DNA of 46,551 nt from Anaerolineae bacterium (GTDB lineage: Bacteria; Chloroflexota; Anaerolineae; Aggregatilineales; Phototrophicaceae). The translations under genes and the position numbers were made by a program. The stretch lies in assembly GCA_025454725.1 (NCBI GenBank), contig JALONW010000036.1, positions 1-46,551 on the forward strand. Reading direction: 5' to 3'. Shown piece after piece: positions 39,540 through 46,551 of this stretch (the stretch's first letter is position 1; every line of letters starts with the position of its first letter). The notes under the pieces were generated by a model. It did no database searches, was not told the DNA's origin, and saw only the letters and a program-made list of their open reading frames with translations.

Positions 39540-42518
39540 ATGGTCGATATTGGGGATGTCATCCGCGATTACCAAATCGTTGAGCATATCGGGCGCGGCG
39601 GGATGGCCGATGTGTGGTCCGCACGTGACGCCAAACTAAGCCGGATGGTGGCGGTCAAGACCATCGCCCACAGCTTGTCACCGACTGATGACCCGGTGGG
39701 GATGTTCCAGCGCGAGGCCAAGACCATCGCCAACCTCGAACACCCTCATATCTTGCCCATCTATGACTTTGGCGACCACGCGGGCAGCCTGTACATCGTC
39801 ATGCGCTATGTGTCGGGCGGGTCGCTGTCCGGCTGGATGGAGCGCCGCCAGCTCACTCTCGACGAGGTGGTGCGGGTCGGGCGGGCGATGGCCGACGCGC
39901 TGGATTACGCGCACACGCGAAACGTCGTCCACCTCGACCTCAAGCCGCAGAACATCCTTTTGGACGGCAATAACGCGCCTTACCTCGCTGACTTCGGCCT
40001 CGCCACCGCGCTTGACCCCGCCGGACGCGCCGCTAACCCCGGCAGCGGCACGCTGATGTACATGGCTCCCGAACAGCTCACCAGCGAGACTCTCGACCGC
40101 CGCGCTGACATCTACAGCTTTGGGCTGCTGCTCTACCACCTGCTGAATGGTCGGCTACCGTTTGACGGCGCGTCGCCGATGGTGATGAAACAGCTCCAAT
40201 TCAGCGCCGAACTGCCCGCCGTCGTCGGCCTGCCGGAGGGCGTGACGCTGGCGCTGCGCCGCAGTGTGGACATGGAGCCGGACAACCGCCACGAGACCAC
40301 CCGCGCCTTGATGGATGAGGTCGAGGCGGCGCTGGGTCGCACCGGTATGGTGCTGGTCGAGGCGGAAGCCATCCCCGGCGTACCGGCTGACCTTGTGGAG
40401 CCGGTGACGCTGTATGAGCGCGCCCGCGCCGCGTGGGACTTCGGCAACGGGCGCTTCCTGCTGGGCGTCACGCATTTCATGGTGATGGAGGCGACCTACG
40501 CCCGCGCCGGGGCGCATGGCCTGAGCATCGACAACACGGGCTTACAGGTCATGCTGCGCGGCGCGCTGGAATATGGCATCAACGTAGAAAACTGGTGGGC
40601 GCGCTTGGGCGACGATGACCGGCGCTGGGTGTGCCTGCACGCCGTTCGCAGCGCCAACGCCCCCGCCCGTGTGCGCGCCCTCAGCCGATTAGAGACCCTG
40701 CCCGATGAAGACCCGCCGCGCATCCCCGCGCAGGTCGCGCAGGCGCTCCAGAAGGAAACCGACGCCGCCGCCAAGCGCGCCGCGCTGCGCGTCCTCAGCA
40801 CCCGTGCCGTCCTCCGCAAGGGCGGCGGCCTATCAATCAAGACCGAATATATCGGGCGGATGCTGAACACCCTCGCCCACGTCCAGCTCAAGACAGTCGA
40901 GCCGCAGGTGTGGTCACCGATGGTTTATGGCCCCGAAATTGACCTGCTGATGGCCGAGATGGCGCTGGATGTCCCTCACCCCGTCCTCGCTGAGGCCGCC
41001 GCCCGCTCGGTTGGCAATATCCGTTCCGAGGCGGCGGTCAAATACCTCGACGCGCAGCGCAAGACGCGGCGGCGCGGGTCGGCGGCGGCACTGGCGGTCG
41101 TGCGCGATGAGGCGGGCAGCCTACCGCCGTCGGTCAGCCCTATCGGGCGTGGCGTGGCGTGGCTGACCAACAGCGTGCTGCGGCTGCGCCGCAATCCCCT
41201 CAGCTTGACGTGGCGAGTGATTTGGGCGCTGCTTTTTGCATGGTTGGCGCGGGCGGTGATGATGTGGCTGAACTTCCCGCTGCCCGTCGGCGTCCTCAGC
41301 CCCGACCGCATCGTCAACAGCTTGGGTGTCGGCCTGCTGTTCGGTGTGATGGTCGGCGCGCTGGTGCTGTTGGCTGATGAAATCCCGGCGCGGATGCGCG
41401 GATTCTGGGGCTGGCCGCTGCGGGCGGGTATCGGGCTGCTGGTCGGCTGGGGCTGGGGGACGCTGACGCTGGCGCTCGAACATTTCGCATGGCTGCGCCG
41501 CGCCGGTGATTTACAGTGGGATTTGGTGGCCTTCGGCGGCTTCGGGCTGGCGGTTGGCCTCGTGGTCAGCGGTGTGGCACAGCTCCGCGCATGGGCGGCG
41601 GTCTTGGTGACCGGCGCGTCGTTCTACCTGACCATTTTCGCGGCCTACAACCAACACTGTGTCCAGAACGGCATTTGTGCGGGTGCGCCGTCGTTCTCGG
41701 TCGGTCTGACAGCGGCGGTCGGGCTGGCGCTGGGCGTCATCGTTGGGGCGGTGCTGCGTCCCGCGGAGGTCGAAAAAACGTCACCCAGTTGGGAGCGCCC
41801 GATGATGCCCGCGTGGGGCTGGCCGCTGGTTGGGGCTGGCTTGGGCGTCCTGTGGGCGATGCTGCTCCCGACTGTCTACAGCCTCGGCCTGACCAACGCG
41901 CCGCTGACATGGGTGGGGGTGGTGGGGTTCGTGCTGTATGGCCTGCTGCCGGGTGTGGTCGCCACCTATTTGCTGCGCGGCTACGGGAGGCTGGGCTTTG
42001 CGCTGGCCGCCGCCGCCGGGTTCATCCTCGTCATCGCGCCCATCAACGATGTGCTGATGACCAACGGCCCGCTGCCCGCGCCGGGCGTGACCGGCTTCCA
42101 CGATGCGCTGTTCTACACGCGCTACCTGCCCGATAACCCATTCGAGGCCGACAACGCGCAGGTGTTCACGCTGTTCCCAGTTTTCGCGCTGCTGCTGGCG
42201 GTTGGCTGCCACACTCAGCTCATCTTCCGCGACATCATGGCCTTTGTTCACAGCCGCCGCCGTCAACCGGAGGAGGAACCCGTCCTACCGCAGGCCAGCT
42301 TCATCAACCAGCCGGACTCGTTCCTGCCCGATACCGCCACCCTATTGGACGCGGTGGCGAAGGCGAAGGCCGAGCTTCAGGCCGCTGGGCTACTTCAGGA
42401 CATGACCCCGACCCAGCCGCCGCGACGCACGCCGGTTGACCTCGATGCACCGACCGGCAAGGTACGCAACCAACAGCCGACTGAGGACATCCGCCGTCTG
42501 AATGACGATGATAAGTAG
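39540..42518 (+). CDS. Ser/Thr kinase fused to a helical region and a polytopic membrane domain
   Basis: IGRGGMADVW, VAVK, HLDLKPQN, ADFG, GTLMYMAPE. About 10 C-terminal TM segments. Confidence 0.88.
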   Translation: MVDIGDVIRDYQIVEHIGRGGMADVWSARDAKLSRMVAVKTIAHSLSPTDDPVGMFQREAKTIANLEHPHILPIYDFGDHAGSLYIVMRYVSGGSLSGWMERRQLTLDEVVRVGRAMADALDYAHTRNVVHLDLKPQNILLDGNNAPYLADFGLATALDPAGRAANPGSGTLMYMAPEQLTSETLDRRADIYSFGLLLYHLLNGRLPFDGASPMVMKQLQFSAELPAVVGLPEGVTLALRRSVDMEPDNRHETTRALMDEVEAALGRTGMVLVEAEAIPGVPADLVEPVTLYERARAAWDFGNGRFLLGVTHFMVMEATYARAGAHGLSIDNTGLQVMLRGALEYGINVENWWARLGDDDRRWVCLHAVRSANAPARVRALSRLETLPDEDPPRIPAQVAQALQKETDAAAKRAALRVLSTRAVLRKGGGLSIKTEYIGRMLNTLAHVQLKTVEPQVWSPMVYGPEIDLLMAEMALDVPHPVLAEAAARSVGNIRSEAAVKYLDAQRKTRRRGSAAALAVVRDEAGSLPPSVSPIGRGVAWLTNSVLRLRRNPLSLTWRVIWALLFAWLARAVMMWLNFPLPVGVLSPDRIVNSLGVGLLFGVMVGALVLLADEIPARMRGFWGWPLRAGIGLLVGWGWGTLTLALEHFAWLRRAGDLQWDLVAFGGFGLAVGLVVSGVAQLRAWAAVLVTGASFYLTIFAAYNQHCVQNGICAGAPSFSVGLTAAVGLALGVIVGAVLRPAEVEKTSPSWERPMMPAWGWPLVGAGLGVLWAMLLPTVYSLGLTNAPLTWVGVVGFVLYGLLPGVVATYLLRGYGRLGFALAAAAGFILVIAPINDVLMTNGPLPAPGVTGFHDALFYTRYLPDNPFEADNAQVFTLFPVFALLLAVGCHTQLIFRDIMAFVHSRRRQPEEEPVLPQASFINQPDSFLPDTATLLDAVAKAKAELQAAGLLQDMTPTQPPRRTPVDLDAPTGKVRNQQPTEDIRRLNDDDK

Positions 42519-42675
42519 ATGCTTAGGCTTAGACCATTAGTGGGCGCGGTGGTCTTTGCGGAAAGCATAAGCGCGTTATGATAGACATTAAGGAACGCTT
42601 GGCGGTCTGGACAGTCCCCACCATCGGCTTGCATAACGGTTTTTCTATAACGCACACACAACAAAGGGAACGGTC

Positions 42676-43326
42676 ATGGATTTTTATGAGGTCATCAAGA
42701 CGGCAGGTACGGCGCGCTACTACAAGGAAGACCCCATCCCCGACGACGTGCTGACCCGCGTGCTGGATGCGGCGCGCTGGGCACCCCAAGGCGGCAACCG
42801 TCAGCCCAACCGCTATGTCGTGGTGCGCGACCCCGCCAAGAAGCAGGCGCTGCGCGAGCTGTACTTTCCGCTGTGGCGCAACTACCTAGAGGCGGCGGGC
42901 GTCGGTGAAATCGCTATCCGGGGCAACGCCATCCCCAAGCTGCTCAAGGACGCCGACATCTTCGCGGATAACTTCCACAAAGTGCCTGTTATCGTCGTCG
43001 TGTGCGCGCACATGGAAGATATCCACCCGACCGACCTTGAACTCGAACGCGACCCCATCGTCTACGGTGCGTCGGTCTATCCCGCCGTCCAGAACATGCT
43101 GCTGGCTGCCCGCGCCGAGGGGCTGGGTGGGTCGCTGACCACGCTGCTGTGCGCCGAGGAGCCGAAGGTCAAGGCACTGCTCAATATCCCAGACGGCTAC
43201 GCCACCGCCGCGCACGTCGCGCTGGGCTACCTGTCCGTCCCGTTCCCGTCCAAGCTCACCCGCCTGCCGCTGACCGATGTGGTCTTCTCGGAGGAGTTCG
43301 GCACCCCGATGTACACCGCTGAATAG
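42676..43326 (+). CDS. Nitroreductase family protein
   Basis: ARWAPQGGNRQP, SVYPAVQNMLLAARAEGLG, ALGY. Confidence 0.9.
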   Translation: MDFYEVIKTAGTARYYKEDPIPDDVLTRVLDAARWAPQGGNRQPNRYVVVRDPAKKQALRELYFPLWRNYLEAAGVGEIAIRGNAIPKLLKDADIFADNFHKVPVIVVVCAHMEDIHPTDLELERDPIVYGASVYPAVQNMLLAARAEGLGGSLTTLLCAEEPKVKALLNIPDGYATAAHVALGYLSVPFPSKLTRLPLTDVVFSEEFGTPMYTAE

Positions 43327-43372
43327 CTGACCGCGCCCGCCGTCGTCGGTTGTTTATTGAAGGGAGACCGCC

Positions 43373-43948
43373 ATGACCATTCGTGACACACCCGTTGAGG
43401 CCACTAAACTCACCGTGGACGAGTTCTTGGCGTGGGTCGAACAACAGCCGGACGGCACGCGCTACGAGCTGCACAGCGGAGAGAAAGTCGAGATGCCACC
43501 CTCAAAAGCACGCCAAACCGTGATTTCTGCCCGCATGATTGCTTATCTGGGGCATTTCGTAGAGGAACACGGTTTGGGCGTTGTCTCCAGCTCAGACGGT
43601 GGTTTCATCATCTCGAAAGAAGATTTCTACGCGCCGGACGCGGCCTTCTACAGCAATGAACGCCTGCCCGACGGCGTGCCACCCGATGACTACTTCCGAG
43701 TCGCGCCCGACCTTGCCGTCGAGGTCGTGTCGGCCAGCGATGAGTACAGCGCACACCACAAGGCGCGCCGCTACCTCGAATTCGGCGTGCGGGCGGTGTG
43801 GGTGGTCTATCCCAAGCGCCGTGCCGTTGATGTCTACACCCCGACTGAGGGCGGTTTCACCGTATTGGTGGTCAAAGATGACGGCACGCTGACCGGCGGG
43901 GACATCCTCCCCGGTTTCGAGCTGCCCGTGGCGCGCCTGCTGGGGTGA
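43373..43948 (+). CDS. Uma2 family (PD-D/ExK) endonuclease-like protein
   Basis: RYEL..G, APDAAF, APDLAVEVVS, GVRAVWVVYP, LPGFELPV. Confidence 0.9.
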   Translation: MTIRDTPVEATKLTVDEFLAWVEQQPDGTRYELHSGEKVEMPPSKARQTVISARMIAYLGHFVEEHGLGVVSSSDGGFIISKEDFYAPDAAFYSNERLPDGVPPDDYFRVAPDLAVEVVSASDEYSAHHKARRYLEFGVRAVWVVYPKRRAVDVYTPTEGGFTVLVVKDDGTLTGGDILPGFELPVARLLG

Positions 43949-44086
43949 TGTTGTCGGGGCTGCCCCGAATCATTTCACCTTAAGCCATGTTTCTTTAATG
44001 CCATTCTTCCCATCGGCGCGTTACAATCGGCGGCGGACGGGGACGATGGCTTTTTTTCTTTGATGACCCAAAAGGAATGTTTCCTG

Positions 44087-46387
44087 ATGTCTACCTCTAT
44101 GGATGACCTCCACCCGGCGGCGCTGGCAGCACTGGTCGAGGGGCGGCACGGCAGCCCATTCGACATTCTCGGCGCGCACGCACTGGGCGACGGCGGCGTC
44201 AGTCTGCGCGCTTTTAGGCCGTGGGCGACGGCCATGCGCGCCGTCCTCGCCGACGGCACACGCCACGAAATGACGAAAATCCACCCCAACGGCCTGTTCG
44301 CAGTAGACCTGCCGGATGTGGCCGCAGATGGACTGGCCTACCTCTACGAGCTGACCGACTTCGACGGTGACACCCACACCTACGACGACCCCTACCGCTT
44401 TGCGCCGCTGATGACCGACTTCGACCGCCACCTGTGGGGCGAGGGAACGCTGCTCTATGCCTACCAGTCGCTCGGCGCGCACACGGTCACGCATCAGGGT
44501 GTCACGGGCGTCAACTTCGTGGTGTGGGCCCCCAACGCAGAGCGCGTCAGCGTGATTGGCAATTTCAACCGCTGGGACGAGCGCGTCCACCCGATGCGAC
44601 TGCGCTCTGGCGGGCTGTGGGAATTATTTATCCCCGGCCTCGCGCACGGCGAAACCTACCGCTATGACATCCGCTCACACAACCACGGCTGGCGCTTCGC
44701 CAAGTCTGACCCGTTCGCGTTCTGGACCGAAATGCGTCCGGCCAACGCCTCGGTGATTTATGACATCGGCGGTTACGAGTGGGGCGACCGCGATTGGCTG
44801 GAATCTCGCGAACAAGGGGATGTCCTCAAGAAGCCGATGTCCACGTATGAGGTTCACCCCGGCAGTTGGCGGCGCAAGGACGATGGCACATGGCTGACCT
44901 ACCGTGAATTGGCCGATGAACTCGTGCCGTATGTGCAGGAGCTGGGCTTTACACACATCGAGCTGATGCCCATCACCGAACACCCTTTCGACGGCAGTTG
45001 GGGCTACCAAGTGACCGGTTATTTCGCTGCGACTTCGCGCTTCGGCACACCCCACGACCTGATGCACTTCATCGACAAGGCGCACCAAGCCGGAATCGGC
45101 GTCATCCTCGATTGGGTTCCGGCCCACTTTCCCAAGGATGGCCACGGCCTCAACTTCTTCGACGGGACGCACCTGTATGAGCATGACCATGCGCTCCAGC
45201 GCGAACACCCCGACTGGGGGACGCTCATTTTTAATTTTGGGCGCAACGAAGTACGCAATTTCCTCGTCGCCAGCGCGCTGTTTTGGCTGAAAGAATTTCA
45301 CATCGATGGGCTGCGCGTGGACGCCGTGTCGTCGATGATTTACCTCGATTTCAGCCGCAGCCACGGTCAGTGGATACCCAACAAGTTCGGTGGGCGCGAG
45401 AACCTAGAAGCCATCCAGTTTTTGCGCGAGTTTAACGAGGTCGTCCATCGTGAAGCGCCCGGCGCGGTGACGATTGCCGAGGAATCAACCTCATGGCCGA
45501 TGGTCAGCCGCCCGACCTATGTCGGCGGTCTGGGATTCACCTTCAAATGGAACATGGGCTGGATGCACGACACGCTCGAATACCTCAAGACCAGCCCGGT
45601 CTACCGGCGCTGGAAGCACAACAAGCTCACCTTCAGCCTGATGTATGCCTTCAGCGAAAATTTCGTACTGTCGCTCAGCCATGATGAGGTGGTTCACCTG
45701 AAAGGCGCGCTGATTGAAAAAGTTCCCGGCGACTGGTGGCAAAAGTTCGCCACTATGCGCCTGCTGTTCGGGTATATGTGGGCGCATCCCGGCAAAAAAC
45801 TTTTGTTCATGGGCGGAGAATTCGGCCAGTGGCGCGAATGGAGCGAGGCGCGCCAGCTCGATTGGCATCTGATGGTGTGGGAGACCCACCAAGGGATGCA
45901 GCGCTGGATGCGCGACCTGAACGCCTTCTACAAGGCCAACCCGTCGCTGTGGGAGCTGGATTTTGACGGCGCGGGCTTCCAGTGGCTTAACGCCGACGAC
46001 GCCGACAACAGCGTTTACAGCTTCGTCCGCTACGCCCAAAACCGCGATGATTTCGTGGTGGTGGTGTGCAACTTTACGCCCGTCCCACGCCCCAATTACC
46101 GAATTGGCGTGCCGCGTGCTGGGACATACCGCGAGGCGCTCAACAGCGACGCTATCCCCTACGGTGGCGGCAATGTCACCAACCCCGACCCCATTGAGGC
46201 GGGCGAGTACCGCCACCTGTGGTGGGACACCAGCCTGACGCTGACCCTCCCGCCGCTGGGGGTGGTCATCCTCAAGCCGGACATGCCCGAACCCGCCGGT
46301 CTGGACACCATCGAACTGCCGCGCCCAGCGGGGATTATCGATTTGCCTGCCCCCGCGCAGGACGCTAATGCGGGGTTGGTCGGCTAA
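44087..46387 (+). CDS. glgB: 1,4-alpha-glucan branching enzyme
   Basis: [55 protein letters not shown] 44087. Confidence 0.97.
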   Translation: MSTSMDDLHPAALAALVEGRHGSPFDILGAHALGDGGVSLRAFRPWATAMRAVLADGTRHEMTKIHPNGLFAVDLPDVAADGLAYLYELTDFDGDTHTYDDPYRFAPLMTDFDRHLWGEGTLLYAYQSLGAHTVTHQGVTGVNFVVWAPNAERVSVIGNFNRWDERVHPMRLRSGGLWELFIPGLAHGETYRYDIRSHNHGWRFAKSDPFAFWTEMRPANASVIYDIGGYEWGDRDWLESREQGDVLKKPMSTYEVHPGSWRRKDDGTWLTYRELADELVPYVQELGFTHIELMPITEHPFDGSWGYQVTGYFAATSRFGTPHDLMHFIDKAHQAGIGVILDWVPAHFPKDGHGLNFFDGTHLYEHDHALQREHPDWGTLIFNFGRNEVRNFLVASALFWLKEFHIDGLRVDAVSSMIYLDFSRSHGQWIPNKFGGRENLEAIQFLREFNEVVHREAPGAVTIAEESTSWPMVSRPTYVGGLGFTFKWNMGWMHDTLEYLKTSPVYRRWKHNKLTFSLMYAFSENFVLSLSHDEVVHLKGALIEKVPGDWWQKFATMRLLFGYMWAHPGKKLLFMGGEFGQWREWSEARQLDWHLMVWETHQGMQRWMRDLNAFYKANPSLWELDFDGAGFQWLNADDADNSVYSFVRYAQNRDDFVVVVCNFTPVPRPNYRIGVPRAGTYREALNSDAIPYGGGNVTNPDPIEAGEYRHLWWDTSLTLTLPPLGVVILKPDMPEPAGLDTIELPRPAGIIDLPAPAQDANAGLVG

Positions 46388-46551
46388 TCGCTAAAGATGT
46401 CGGCCAGAGGCAGCACAAAACCGGGGAGGAGCGCGCCACCGCTGAGGCTCTCCCCGGTCGAAAAAGTCATCACGCCGAGGTCGCGCTTATCGTTGAGCGT
46501 GCAGACCTTGACCTCGTATTGGTCGGGGTAGACCAACCAGACCAACTGGGT
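46384..46551 (-). CDS. Uma2 family protein, C-terminal part (5' end outside the window)
   Basis: [14 protein letters not shown]...[20 protein letters not shown], similar to the C-terminus of 43373-43948. Stop overlaps the glgB stop. Confidence 0.82.
   Translation of the reverse strand, partial: TQLVWLVYPDQYEVKVCTLNDKRDLGVMTFSTGESLSGGALLPGFVLPLADIFSD

Overview
GC-rich bacterial chromosome segment. The gene repertoire (PA14-SH3 and PPC-domain secreted proteins, several Ser/Thr kinases, Uma2 paralogs, DUF3048) suggests Chloroflexota/Anaerolineae, which is an inference. Mostly housekeeping or accessory genes: a class II ribonucleotide reductase running off the left edge and carrying two LAGLIDADG inteins (missing from the ORF track), a PAS histidine kinase, methyltransferases, a RIO1 kinase, a 5'-truncated P450, murE, groES-groEL with two CIRCE operators, a WYL regulator and glgB. 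The best candidate for an undescribed system is an AT-rich single-gene islet at 35703-37079. It encodes a TIR-Macro fusion with its own consensus promoter and is bracketed by an 89-bp direct repeat (84/89 identical). The second candidate is an unannotated 22-aa leader ORF with tandem terminator-like structures in front of the RIO1 kinase. All calls were made by eye from motifs; no database searches were run.
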